The notes: a model not told the origin generated them from the sequence alone. A DNA stretch of 63,611 nucleotides, filler included, from Stramenopiles sp. TOSAG23-3 (GCA_900128585.1; 13 parts of 13 records of this genome joined end to end with filler, not necessarily neighbours in it), one strand, 5' to 3'. Counted from the whole stretch's first letter, positions 45,301 through 57,945 are shown. A program made the numbers and translations.

Positions 45301-45816
45301 TGCCATTTCTATCTCTGCAGAGTCTAATAGTACACACCCACTTGGTGTCAGTCGTACTCCATCGATAGAAACCTGTCCGCATGAATAAATATTTACGCTG
45401 TCTTCGTGCAAAGAAACTTCGATGGAAGCCCCCATGGTATTGTACATTAATACATATGCAATGTATTGTGTCGTCACAGAGAATGACAATGATTGAGGGG
45501 CATTTCTGTGATAACTTGGCGGCAACTGGGTATAAATTTTCTCTTTTCTGGTTTCAAATGCGAAACAGTTTTCCCGGTCAATGGCAAACCTCAAGGGAGC
45601 TGATTGGTCCCTGTCGGGGTCTATGGCCGCAAGCGGGCGTCCAATTTTTGTTCCAACAGTGCTGTCTTCGGCTATTGAAAATATGACATCAGTAAACACT
45701 GGAGGTTCATTGACATCCAAAACATTGATATGCATCCATCCGTAACCATATTTTCCCATACGATCTCCGGCAACACCATTGTCCTTGACACGTACAGAAA
45801 AGTGTGAATAAGCCCG
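39367..45816 (-). CDS. Internal fragment (>2100 aa) of a giant cadherin-repeat mosaic protein with WSC, F5/8C, PAN, SUEL-lectin and LamG-like modules
   Basis: Frame open across the whole contig; repeated DVNEPP/DANDAP, A.DPD, LDYE; RLGCY...C...C...YF.LQW..KCMCGN; CPSG.FI..IDFASFG...GSCG.Y..G.CH; ITMAAWVYP. Confidence 0.9.
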
Positions 45817-46048
45817 TGNNNNNNNNNNNNNNNNNNNNNNNNNNNNNNNNNNNNNNNNNNNNTTAATTAATTAANNNNNNNNNNNNNNNNNNNNNNNNNN
45901 NNNNNNNNNNNNNNNNNNCATCTGATTCTAAGTCTGAGTCGGGCTGTGCGTGTGCGTGGTTTACCTTTTTCCTTTTGAAAAAAGTGGGTGGGTCAAAAGT
46001 AGTAGAAGTTGTTGTTGTTGTCTGTGCAATAGAGAGGGTTTTAAAAGG

Positions 46049-49000
46049 ATGGGGAATTTGATGCAGCGTAGGCGGTTTGGGAATGGTGACGGGCCCTCAA
46101 AGGGGGAGAGAAAGAATAAAAAGAAAAGGGGGTCCGCGAAAGGCAGCCGGCCGGTGTCTGCGTTGCTGCCGACGGCCAAGGTGTCCAACAAGCTGGCGAA
46201 CTCGCAGCGGCTGTTTCTCCAGCAAACGGGTTTATTCCCGGACAAAGTCGGGGTATTGGAATACTCCGACATGATTGCACGGAAAATGCCAATCTGGGGC
46301 TTTCACTGGCGCAGGGGGTACTTTTCCCTGTGCGGAAACACCATGTACGTATTGTCTATGAAAGGAAAGGTGCTGCGGTGCTACGTGCTCGAAAATGCTA
46401 CGTGCAAGGAAGGCAAACCGCCCTTGAACGCTCTCGGAAAGGCCGTTGGGCGGCCAACGATACTCCTGTTTGATAAACCCACCGACGGGAAGAAAATCGT
46501 ACCGGTGGGGGGGGGGGGGGGGGGGACGCGTCCGTGCCCCGCGACGTGGCAGAAGAAGATGAGGCGGGGGGGGGCACGACGACGGCCGCAACGACACCCT
46601 CGTCGGGGGGCGACACAGGCAACGACGTCGACACCAACCCCGTCGAAATGGCCACCACCCCGTGGCTCAAGCTGAAGGCGGGCGATCCCCTGGAACACTT
46701 GAGCTGGTACAGCGCCCTTCGAAAGATGACGGGAGAGTACCAGGCGTATGGGGGCCACCTCCACGACGCCAACAGCTCGGGCGCGACGGAGCGTTGCGAC
46801 GTGTCACCGACCAGTCGCGCCAGCAGCAGCAGCATGGGCGACGTCGGAGCAGACGCCGTGGTCACCCCGCGAAAACAACCCATGAAACAGGGCAATGCAA
46901 AGGTTGGGGAGCAAGATCTGGCGTCCTCGTTGCCGTTGCTGGCGTCGCCGTCGTCCCCGATGACGCTGAAACGATTGGCGTCGTACGATGTTATCGAAGA
47001 AGAAAGCCTCGAAGCGCGAAGGCAGCAGGAAGTCCAAGGCCTTGCGAGGGAGCTGAACCTGTCCGTCACCGAGGCCACGACCCTACTGCGGGAAAAGAAG
47101 TGGGACCGGGAACAGCTGGTACGGGATTACATCAACAAAGCCCTCTCGATACCCGGGCCCGCGGGCGAACAGGGTGGTGGCGGCGGCGGCGGGAATGTCC
47201 CCGCCGCGACGACGACGGAGAAAGGCCCGTTGCCCGAGGAGGCCGCCGCCGCCCCTGCATCAGCAACCGTCCCTCCATCGAACGAATGCTCCATTTGCAT
47301 GGGCGTCTCGGAGGAAAACTGCAGCCTGGCGTGTGGCCACACGTTTTGCAAAGGGTGCTGGGGCGACTTTTTGACCAACGCGCTGAAGAGCGGCGCGGCA
47401 GAGCTGTGGGGAAAGGGCAGCACGTGCCCTGCCCAAGGGTGCAGGGAGCCAATTCCGGAATCTTTTTTCGAAAAAGTCTTACCGAAAGATCTCTATTCCA
47501 AGTACAGGCAATACGCCACAAACAATTTCGTAGACAGCAACCTGAATGCCAGGTGGTGCCCGAGCGCAACGTGCAACCGCGCCCTGTACATACGCAATGA
47601 AGCGGGGGCAACCGTCGGGCCGATGAGGGACGTCAAGTGCGCGTGCGGGGTGGAGTTCTGCTTTAGTTGCGGGCAGGCCCCCCACTCCCCTGCCACGTGC
47701 GCGATTGCAACGCGCTGGTGGGAGGAGCAGGACGATCGGCGAAGGAGCAATGCCGCCAAAGGCACGGCATCGGCCACGGGGGGGGAACCGCGCCCCCCTC
47801 CCTCGGCGGCAGGTGGCTCGGACGACTCCCCGAAGAAAGCAGCCGCCCGGAGACCCACTCGCCGCGCCTCCGATGAGGACGACGGGATGGTAGAAACGCT
47901 CTCCGGGGACGAAGAGGAAAACATGCGGGACGTTGTGTGGCTCGCAAAGAACACCAGGCCCTGCCCAAAGTGCAAAGTGCCGATACAAAAATTTCACGGG
48001 TGCAACCACATGACGTGCCACAACCAGCGTTGCCAGCACGAATTCTGCTGGGTCTGCCTGAAGGACTGGAAGACCCACGGGGTGGCAACGGGGGGGTACT
48101 TCAACTGTACGGTGAACGACCCGAAAGTCACCCGCCAAAAGCTGAAACAACTTCGGTTTGAACAAAACGATGTCCAGTCGTCGGGCAAGCGGAGCGTAAT
48201 GCTTCGGCGGCTGGGGGACTTGGCGCTCAACGCGCGGATCGCCCGCCGCATGAAACAAGACTTGAAGCAAAGTGGGAACGTTGCGAGGGCATTCGACCCC
48301 CACGTCCGAGACGTTCTGATCGACGCGGCCTATTTGCTGGCCAAGTACCACCGTTTCCTGCGCTGGGTGGAGATCGTGGTGTACGTAAAATCAGAAATGG
48401 ACGAAGAGGAGGCGGAGGCGCGAAAGATGACGCCAGGCTATAAAAGCAAAAACACCAAAGGCATCAGGGGGCAGGTGCTCAAATCGTTGGCGGCGGACGT
48501 TCTTCGGGCGAAAGCCCGGATCATGGAGGAGAAGACGCTGGAACTCTGGTACTTGCTGGAGCCGATCCATCGCATTTTTGCACCGGGCGAGGGAAAGCAG
48601 GGGCCGAAAAACGCTCTCGCGATGGCTGGCCCGAGCGTCCGGGCGCGCGTAACGACCGTCCAGCAAGCGTGCGACAGGTGCGAGGGGGCGATCACGGAGT
48701 GCCGCGCGTTCGCGGTGCTGTGGCAAACCACGGACGAGGCGAAGATGAAACGGATCGAGGCCGAGAAAGCGGCCCCGGCCCTCGGGGCTACGAGCGCGGT
48801 GGCCTTGAAACGGTACGAGAGCATGAAGGCACGGCTCTCCGAGATGGGGTCCCAAAACCCAGACAACAACTCCAAAACCATGAAAGAGATACAGCTCAGC
48901 GTGGAGATACTGAAGGAGGGCTTCCAGACGCTGCTGAGCATGAAGAGGGGGGGCGACGAGCACACGAATGGTGGCGACGCAAAGGATGGGAAAGATGGGG

Positions 49001-49452
49001 CAGGGAGCTTTGACAAGGAAGACTGGACATGCCTCTTGTGCCACTTGAAGAACAAGAGCTCCAAGCACCGGTACCATTGCCCTGGGTGCCTAACGAAGCG
49101 AGAGCCCAAGGAACTGAACGACCTCATCGCGGCCCAGCTGAAGAACATGAACGTGACAGGCGGGTTACCCGACTTGGCAGATCGCTGGTCGATGGTGCAA
49201 CTGAGACATGCGCAGCCGGCGACTGGGCGAATGGACCGACTCTCTGAAGCTAGGCGGAATCGCAATCGCCGTTTACCGCGAGCTAACTCCAGGCGGTCAT
49301 ACTCTGAAGGAAACTTGACCCCAGAACAGGAGTCGCAAGTGCAAACATTGGAAGCGATGGGGTTCTCCAACCGAAGGCAGACGTTACGGGCCCTGCAACG
49401 CTCGAATGGCAACATCAACGAGTCCGTGGAGCTCCTGTTGCGAGGCACTTGA
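46049..49452 (+). CDS. PH domain + Ariadne-like RBR E3 ligase + RanBP2-type Zn finger + UBA; frameshift in the G19 run 46507-46525
   Basis: WRRGYFSL.G..MY ... WYSALRK (PH); CSIC..CGH.FC..CW..CP; WCP..C..C.CG..FCF.C...H.P..C; TRPCPKC..PIQK..GCNHMTC...C.HEFCWVC; WTCLLC...C.GC; LEAMGF...AL..SNGNI..SVELL. Confidence 0.85.
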
Positions 49453-49844
49453 GGGAGGTGCCCGTTATTCAATATTGCAAAAACGTTCGGTGCAAACAAA
49501 GTACAATTCGAATTCTTTAAATTAGAGATTATTCATGTTTTTATTTTATTAATCTCGAATAACAGCTATCATGAAAAAAATTGTTTTTAGTGAGAGGCTG
49601 TGTTATAATTTAAAAAAACTAATGATATAGTATTGCGTGTTAAAAACAAATTATAATTCGCAGTGTATGAAAAGGGAAGTAAACCTTTTAAAAACAAAAA
49701 CTTTAATAGTACACCAGGAGCAGAATTGTATTCGCGGTTTGCATGAAGAAGATAAATTTTTAAAACCTAAACAACAGCCAATTTTCTTGTTTTTAATCTC
49801 AAAACGTACACTCTTAATTTCATTTTAGACACCCCTGACACAGC

Positions 49845-51722
49845 TCAGCGCAAGACTCCCATCGCCGTGATGGAGGCGAACAGCCCGTCCGCATCGATGT
49901 TCTCTGGAAAGCGCCTCTGGAGTATGTTCATGCAAGTGCTAAATTCTCCCCGTAGAATGTCCTGCCTGCACGCGTGGAGGATTCCAAGGCTCACGTTGAC
50001 CAGGTAGGGGTCCCCGACAAGCATATACATGTCCCACACCCGAGTGGACAATTCCAGGCTGAGGTATTTGCTGAACACCGTCATCCACCATGGGAGCAAG
50101 TACGATTTCGACGTTATTCCTAGCTTATCGTTCAAGTGCTCGTAGACGTCGGGCATCTTTGCCTTGAACTCGTTGTCGAACTCGGCGTACCGCACCTCGT
50201 GGCGATCCAAGTCCATTTGGTAAAACTGGAGCAGAGCCCCGTCGTCCCGGCCCATTATGCTCGCCATCGCCACGAACGTGTCGTACGGGTTTTCCATTTG
50301 CAGCAGCAGCATGGCGGCCAAAAACGACATCCCTTGGACGTACCCGCAATCCGGTCGGTAAAAGCAGTACGCTCCGAGCACCTGCTGCAAGGGGCGGTGG
50401 TACGTGCCCCCACGAGAGAAAAATGCGAGCTGTGGGAACGTCCGGGTCAGGTCCACGTCGATGGCAAAGACGGACGTTTCTCGGCCAAATATGGAGTTTC
50501 GCCGCGCGATCAGCGTGGCCCGGCCGTCTGGCGTCAGGGACGACGAGGACACGGACGAGGCCGGGGAGGCAGCGCGCTTCCTCCCTTCGGCGGCGGCGGG
50601 TGGTGGGGATTCCCCTGCTTGCTCGGAGAGGCTGGCCAGGGTCAGCGGCACGAGAGAGGGCGCCGGCGCCGGCTTGATGATGGGGGACGCGGTGATGGTC
50701 CCCTCCCCCATGTGCTGGGGGGCGTGGGGGTACTCGACGGCCGGGGGCCCGGCCGGGGCCGTCTCCACCACGACCGGGACCTTCACGGCGACGTTTTGGT
50801 CAGCCTCTTCCCCCCCACTGTTTCCGCTCGCGACGGCCTCGACACCCTGCATCTCCCTCGCCTTCTCTTCTATTTCCAGCATGGCCGCCTGGTCCAACGC
50901 CTCGTTGATCGCGGCCTTTTCGCTCGCGACGTCCTCGGCCCGCTGGAGAAAGACTTGGAACAGCTCTTCTGTTATGTTCAACCGGTTCCCCAGCGTGAGC
51001 TTCCACACCTTCTGCCTTAATTTGGTCGGGACCCCGTACTTGAGGACCAGCCACTCCAGGGTCGGGCGTATCTTTTCCAAGTGCTTCTCCGCGTCGCTGG
51101 ATCCCTTGGTCGTGCACACCTTTTCCCACCCCAAAAAATCGACCTTGCTGTCCCACATCTTCTGCCCCTCGGCAAGGAGCCGGTCCCGTTTCTCCCGACG
51201 CTTGACCGAGAGGGCCCGCTCCCGGGCCTCCTTCTCTAGCTTTTTTCGGTACCGCTCCTGCAGGCTCTTGGACTCCTTCGCGACCTGCTTCTTGTACAGG
51301 CGTTTCGATGGGGACGGGGTGTACTTTCGCGACGTCCCATACACCGTCTGACCCCGCCTGCCGGACCCCGGGGAAGGGGTCTGTTTCTGCCGGCGGTGGG
51401 GCGCCGACTTTATCATTCGCGCGGGGTTGTCCCCGCGCGGCCGCCTCGTCGGGGTGGCAAACGCCATGTTTGCCGCAAGGCCCACGTTCCCAGTCGCCAC
51501 GATGGGGGAGGTTCTCCCCATAAAACTTTGGTTGGTCTCGCCCTCGTCCCGCCCGGGCGTGGTCATGAGCCCTTCATCGGCGGTCGTGCTGCGGTTCGCT
51601 CTCCTCCCGCCTGCTTTTTGCCCTGGCGACGAATTCGGGGTGGTGAACGCCGACTTTGCAGACGGTGGTGCCCCCGCCGCGGCACTCCGTCCGGCCTCCT
51701 CGGACGACCCCGCGTTACCCAT
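49845..51722 (-). CDS. Rab-GAP TBC domain protein, TBC1D12/14-like
   Basis: GVPTKLRQKVW...LGNRLNIT, IDVDLTRTFP, YRPDCGYVQGMSFLAAMLLL, RVWD; start MGNAGS. Confidence 0.92.
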   Translation of the reverse strand: MGNAGSSEEAGRSAAAGAPPSAKSAFTTPNSSPGQKAGGRRANRSTTADEGLMTTPGRDEGETNQSFMGRTSPIVATGNVGLAANMAFATPTRRPRGDNPARMIKSAPHRRQKQTPSPGSGRRGQTVYGTSRKYTPSPSKRLYKKQVAKESKSLQERYRKKLEKEARERALSVKRREKRDRLLAEGQKMWDSKVDFLGWEKVCTTKGSSDAEKHLEKIRPTLEWLVLKYGVPTKLRQKVWKLTLGNRLNITEELFQVFLQRAEDVASEKAAINEALDQAAMLEIEEKAREMQGVEAVASGNSGGEEADQNVAVKVPVVVETAPAGPPAVEYPHAPQHMGEGTITASPIIKPAPAPSLVPLTLASLSEQAGESPPPAAAEGRKRAASPASSVSSSSLTPDGRATLIARRNSIFGRETSVFAIDVDLTRTFPQLAFFSRGGTYHRPLQQVLGAYCFYRPDCGYVQGMSFLAAMLLLQMENPYDTFVAMASIMGRDDGALLQFYQMDLDRHEVRYAEFDNEFKAKMPDVYEHLNDKLGITSKSYLLPWWMTVFSKYLSLELSTRVWDMYMLVGDPYLVNVSLGILHACRQDILRGEFSTCMNILQRRFPENIDADGLFASITAMGVLR

Positions 51723-52464
51723 GAGCAACTGCAAAAGCTTCAAAAACGAACTTCGACGCTGGCAAGAGGTTTAGAAAGAAGAAGAAGAAAAATCCGTTTC
51801 CTGTCGTTCGTTCCTTCGTCCGTTGCCCGCCCGCTACAAATACTTCTATCGCCGCCGGCCTCTCTCTCGCTCACACACACTCCGCAACCAGACAAGTCCG
51901 TCCAGTTGGCATATAAATAAACAAAAAAACCAACAAAAGCAACAAGAACAAAAATAATTAAAAAAGAATCCTTCGCAACGGCAACCTACCAACAACTGCA
52001 ACACGCAATGCAATCGTAGAAAGGAAGAAAACAAATAATGAATCTTCTAAAGTTTCTCCTCCTTTTCTTTTTTTTGTCAATAATAATATAATTTCGTTTC
52101 TCTAAAACTACTATAATATTTTTCTTCTTTTCTTCTTCTTCAACTTTTTTTTTAAATTTTATAAGTGTTTGTACTTGTATGTATTATTATAGTTTAATTT
52201 ATAATATCCTATCAAAATAATCCAAACCCAACTTATACAAATGCTATAGTTATATAGTGTAGGTCGAATATCTTCTTTATCAAAATGGTATTCAAATATA
52301 CATTATACTACATATGTATATAGGATCAAGAAGAAAGAAAGAAGAAGAAGAAAGAAAGAAAGAANNNNNNNNNNNNNNNNNNNNNNNNNNNNNNNNNNNN
52401 NNNNNNNNTTAATTAATTAANNNNNNNNNNNNNNNNNNNNNNNNNNNNNNNNNNNNNNNNNNNN

Positions 52465-52953
52465 TGGCCGCCCGGACGGGGCGGCCAGCCGGCGAGGGGG
52501 ACGCGGCCGAGGGCGAGGTTGAATGGCTTCGGGAGGACGGTGCCCCCGTTCTTCTGCCAGGAGAGCGTCTCGTGGCGACCTCCTACGACACGCTGGAGGA
52601 AGTGCGGGAAAAGTACAACGATTTCGACGCGATCGCCGAGGAGGTGAGGGCGGCGGGGGGGGCGGTGGTCCACGGGGTCGATGGGACGGCCCTCCACACG
52701 AACATCGAGCTCCTGACGCAGCTTTTGCCCAAGACAGCGTCGCGAAAGTTTGACAAGATCGTGTTCAATTTTCCCCACACCGCCTGTGGCATCAAAGACA
52801 CGGCCGAGAACAACCGGGTCCACCAACGGTTCCTTGCGGCGTTCTTCCAGAGCGCCGTGCACCTGGTCAAGGACACGCCTTTGGAGGTAAAGAAGAAGAA
52901 GAAGGCGCCAATCCCGACGCCAAAGGGGAAAAAGAATAAGAAGAAAAAGAAGC

Positions 52954-52985
<32 letters not shown>

Positions 52986-53390
52986 GCCCAACAATCCCTT
53001 GGTTCAGTCCAGCACGGCGGGGAAATACACGTCACACTGAAGAAGGGCGAACCGTACGACTCGTGGAACATAAAACGCATTGCACGGACGGCCCACTGCG
53101 GCATTCGATTGAAAACAGCGTTTGACTTCTACCATACCATGTACGATGGGTACGAGCACCGTCGAACCCTTGGCGGGCTGGAGGAACTCTTGGAGGAACG
53201 GAGCGACGACGGGCAAACGGGGAAGAAAGGGAAGAAGAACAGAAAGAATCCAACGGGCACACAAAACAACGTTCATGCCCAGGTGAAAGTACAACCAAAC
53301 AAAGACATTAAGAAGTTTGGTGCACGAACGTGGGTCTTTGTTAAAACAAATGCAGACCCAAACGATGATGATTCAACAAACGCTATTTAA
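52465..53390 (+). CDS. 25S rRNA (uridine-N3)-methyltransferase BMT5-like (DUF2431), 5' truncated
   Basis: ATSYD, HGVDGT, FDKIVFNFPH, FFQSA, GEIHVTL..GEPYDSWNI, Y.GYEHRRT. Confidence 0.88.
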
Positions 53391-53912
53391 AATAAATAAG
53401 AAAAAAAAGAAGAAGAAAGAAAGAAGAAAAAAAGGTAAACATTTTTTTTTCGCGAATTTTATATTTTCTTCTACTACAACACTGTATTATACATTGTATA
53501 GTATTGTTTGTACAAAACTTATACAACAACAACATAATTTAAATTTCGCGAAGAAGAACGACGCGACGACGACGACGACGAAAAAAGAAGAAGAACGATC
53601 CTAACCACAAAAAAAGGAAACCAAGTTCATTCCTTCCCTTTCACAAAACAAAAACAATAGATACTTTCAATCTTAGCAAATGTACTTCAAGATGGTTAAA
53701 CCATTTCTGTTCTGTGTTTTCATTTGTTCTTCTGTTTGTTCTGGTGCGTAACCTTTGTGTGTGCCACTCCATTCGTTTTTTCTGGTTGCCCATCGCTCGT
53801 GCTCAACCGTTTTCTCTCCTCATTTACATTACATTTTTTGTCCGTCCCTTCCCTGCCTTGGGTAGCCAGCCGACCATATTGTTCTAGGCATACCCGTACC
53901 TACCTATCTACG

Positions 53913-55701
53913 ATGTCTGCGCTGTCTGATTACGCAAAATTCGACAAGCTCGAGGTCTCGGACGACGAGGCCGAAGCGGAGAGTGCGCCGTCGCTGACAC
54001 TGTCGAACCGAGGCGAGAGCGTCAAGTTCGACCAGTACGACGCGGTCGAGTTCACGGCCGCAAAGAACATCAAAAAGACACCGTTGTCTGAGATGGGAAA
54101 CGCGGAGTCTTCCGAAGATGACAGCGACGAGGGCCTTATGCCGATATTTAGAGACAGGCTGTCGAAGAAGGCGGTCAACAGCGAGTTCGTCAAGTCCTTG
54201 CAGGCCATTGCGGACGAGGCCACCCCGCTGGACTCGATCGAGTCGTACAAGGACCAGGGGAACGAGCACTACAAGCGCTTGATGGAGCTGGCCCGGGACA
54301 AGAAGGGGCTGAAGCGGGACTTGAAGAAGAAAGAAAAGTTCCAGTACTACCAGCGGACGGCGATTCGTTTCTACACGGACGCCGTTCTCGTGGACATTTC
54401 CGAGCCGAAGACGGAGGAGGGGTTGACGGGCGAGGAGCTGCGCCAGAAGCTCGTCAAGACCAAGGCGCAGGCGCTCACGAACCGAGCGATGGTCCACTTT
54501 CAGCGCGGCAACTTTAGAAAATGCCTTCGGGACTGCAAGGCCGCGCTTCGGCTGTGCCGGCAGGGGGAGGAGAGCGACGTGGCCGGGGACGTCGAGCGGG
54601 CGAATGCCAAGGTGAGCGGGTACGAGGACTACATTTACCGGCCCACCGCGTTGGACTCGACGCGGATGAAGGCGTGCTTCCACGCCGCAAAGGCCTGCAA
54701 CACGTTGCAACGGTACAAGAACAGCCTGCAGTACTTGAAGCGTGGGTTTCGGTGCTTGGGGAAGGTTCCCGTGTTGGGGGAGGGGGGGGGGAAGCCGAAG
54801 AGAGGAAGCTGGAGAAGGAGAGGACGGGCGGCATGGACGCCGCGGCGATTGCGAAAAACAATAAGGCGCTGACGAAGCTGAAGAAAGGTAAGTTGTCCCC
54901 ACGAACTTCTGTTCTCTGCAAAAGAAGTTCAGACTGTTCCGCTCACCACCACCACCACCACGAGACTAACCCCCTTCCTTCCATACTACTCACCCTTCTT
55001 TCTCCCTTGCAGCCGCCACCGCAGGGCTGAAGCGCGAGGTCGAGAAGGCCGTCAAGTTGGCCTCGGAGATCGAGATGATAAAGCAGAAGAACACGATGCT
55101 TCGGGAAGCGTGCAACATTCGGGCGGTGCGCATGGGGCCCCCCGTGTTCGAGTACGGCGCGCAGCAGCGCGGGGTCGAGAGCCCGGTCCTGAGCGACCAG
55201 GGGGAGCTGTACTGGCCCCTTCTCCTGCTCTACGACGAGTCGGCCCAGACGGACTTTATCCAGCAAGTGTCGGAGGGGCACACGCTCCTCGACCAGCTCA
55301 GGATGGTGTTCCCGGCCCTGACGAACAACCAGGCCCCGCCGATCCCATGGGACGAGGAGCGGAAGTATTTCTTGGAGTACGTGGAGGTCTGGTTCGAAGT
55401 GAACCAGGTCCCCGCCTTTGACCCGAAACGGTCGTGGGACGAGCCGGCGCTGCGGCGGGACGTGAAGCCGATCACCCGAAAGCAGGCCCTTGTCGGGAGC
55501 GCGACGCCAAAGTGGGCCAAGGTTCCGCTGACCTGCACCTTGGGGGAAGTGCTCTCGTCGCCGCAATACGTCGTCCCTCAGATCCCCGTCGTCCATGTCG
55601 TGAGCCGGGGGAACCACGGCCGCGCGTCGAACGGGAGCGACAAGTTCTACAGGAAGTGGAAGGAAGGGATGGACGTCGTCCGGTTCGTTCCAGGGAAGTG
55701 A
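53913..55701 (+). CDS. TTC4: TPR co-chaperone TTC4/CNS1; frameshift in the G10 run 54782-54791 and intron 54888-55012
   Basis: DYAKFD.L..SDDE, YKDQGNE.YK, NRAM.HF..GNFRKCL.DC..AL, wheel domain LYWPLLLLYDE..QTDFIQ...PWD. Splicing gives KK|AATAGLKREVEKAVKLASE in frame. Confidence 0.85.
54888..55012 (+). other. Spliceosomal intron (125 nt)
   Basis: GTAAGT donor, ACTAAC branch point, pyrimidine tract, TGCAG acceptor. Confidence 0.88.
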
Positions 55702-56511
55702 GGTGGGTCTGAGAGGGGAAACGTAAATTGACCGTAGAAGGTACGTTTGGAGATGAACTTGTTTGATGCATCAATTACTGAAATTGCAATTGGTATAAAA
55801 TGAGAGTCTTAAAGCATACTGTACAATTTGTTTCTTGTACCGCACATACATTTTCATAAATACACTGCCAAATACCGTAGATTCGTGAGTTGGATTCGCG
55901 TGCGTTGGGCGACAACATATGATAACATACGTAAAGGGTGATCGGCGGTCTCCTATATTCAAGCAACACACAGACCGGTCATGAGCGAAATGAAGTTCGG
56001 AACGGGAGAAGCGTGGTAGACGGGGTAGTTGTACGTACGTTTTAAAGAACTGGGTTGATACAATGTCCATTCTGTTTCTTAAAAGAGTAAATAAACGTGC
56101 TAATAGCGATTATGAAGTGCGTGCGACTCTAACGCGCGCAGGGCCAAAAAAGGCGGCGGCGTGGGGCTTGCTTGCTTGCGCCCCTTTTCCCTGCCTCCCT
56201 CCCTCCCTCCCTCCAGTGTTTCCTTCCTCTTCCGTGTGTGTGTGTGCTTCCTCTTTCCTTCTCGTCCGTGCTTCCGTTCCTGCCCCCAGTCTTCTGAGTT
56301 CAGGGTGGCAGGCACCAGTCATGTTTAAATCAAGCGCAGTTCGTCCGCCGCCCCCACCCCAAACCGGGAGGGGCGAGGCGACGAACGGAAAAAACTGCGA
56401 CACTACGCCGTCTGGGACGACGTATGCATACAATATACAATGGGTTTATTTAAAATGCGTGGTGCCCGCCGCGCACGAGCTCGCGTGGGCCGAGTCCAGC
56501 CGGTCGGTCGC

Positions 56512-56871
56512 TTACTCGGCGGTGCGAACGTTCTCGGTTTCCAAGAATTTAAAGGAGTCGACTTCTACAACGGACACGTGGGTGTAAAGCTTTTCTTTGG
56601 CCTCCTCGTCGTCGTTCTTCCGTCGGGAGAGGCGCACGCGTACGCGGTACGGTACGTTGCGGATCCCTTTGCTCCAGATGAACTTGTTCAGGCCGACATC
56701 AAGACGAACGTCGGTGGTTCGCATGGCTTTGGTGGCGAACTTTTTGATCTCACGGATGGCACGGGGGGCCTTCTTTTTGAACCCCAAACGGTGCAACCGT
56801 TTGTGAAGGTTGATGGTGTAGTCACGGGTGACCACGTCTGGTGCTCGGGAGGCGTTTCCTGTCTTTGGCAT
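56512..56871 (-). CDS. RPL31: 60S ribosomal protein L31 (eL31)
   Basis: [15 protein letters not shown]...[47 protein letters not shown]. Confidence 0.98.
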   Translation of the reverse strand: MPKTGNASRAPDVVTRDYTINLHKRLHRLGFKKKAPRAIREIKKFATKAMRTTDVRLDVGLNKFIWSKGIRNVPYRVRVRLSRRKNDDEEAKEKLYTHVSVVEVDSFKFLETENVRTAE

Positions 56872-57143
56872 GATGAATGATATTGATGGGGGTGGTGCTG
56901 ATGAAATGTGTAACTATTCGTCGTTTAATTGAGTTAGAGGTGTTGAGAGGACTGGAAACGGAAATCGAAACGGGATTACTATTCTTCACGCTAGTCTTGG
57001 CTTCGTTCGATCCACGAATCAATCCCTTACCATTCGTTCGATTCCTTTTTATTAACTTTTCTTCCTTTTTTCTTCTTCTATTTTTTAACATAGAAATACA
57101 ATCGAAAGAAAGAAAAAGAATTAAAAAAAGACTTTTGACTTGG

Positions 57144-57945
57144 AAGAAAGGGTTTGATAGGATAAGAGAATACTATATATTTATTATAAGTACATATTCT
57201 ATTCTTTCCTTTCTTCTTCTTTTGTGTACTCTCGGAACCAGTCAAAATTAACAGGTACACAGCATACGCAACAAAGCATGAAATGAACGAAACAATGGTA
57301 TTTCCATAGTATTCATTTATATTCAGTGCTATCCCTATATTATATACTATGAAATGATGCTGTGTACATGGATTGTAAAGTATTGTGTACTTATAGTTTA
57401 TATTTGGTAGTGTAATATTCCTATCTATTACATTAGCAACCTTTCTTCAAATGACAAGGATTATGTACTTGTATTATTATTAATAGTATTGTTTATATCC
57501 TATCAAAAAGAGAATCCTACATTTATTATACTTGTAATGGAATTAGAATACTAACATTTCCTATCTCAAATGAATTGTAAGAATAGAATGGATTCCTTCC
57601 AAAGGGGGATCATTTTAATATATTGTACTTATAAGGAATGAATGTATTCTTTATTAATATTATCTCCTATCAAATGTATCTTCGATTCTAAAGTTGATTT
57701 CTTCCTTGGAGAAAAAAGGAAAGAAAAAAATAGAAGGTATACTTATAAGGAATAAATAGTATTCTAGTAGATTATACAACCCTATCAATAACAATGAAAA
57801 GAATAGAATATATACTTGTAATGAATATATCGTATTCTATTCGATTATATTATCCTATCAAAGAGAAAGAGAAAAGGAAGACAAACTAGAATATGTACTT
57901 ATAATAAATATATAGTATTCTATGTTTCCTATCAAATCCTTTCTT
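57144..57945. repeat. Foldback-like element: ~58-bp inverted termini with internal direct subrepeats
   Basis: Perfect 35-bp inverted repeat 57167-57201 / 57887-57921; the TACTTRTA...CCTATC module occurs seven times on the + strand. Confidence 0.7.

Noticed and set aside
55771-56500. Gene or ncRNA in the GC-richer spacer between TTC4 and RPL31
   Set aside because: Only short conflicting ORFs and no recognisable RNA motifs; probably 3' UTRs.
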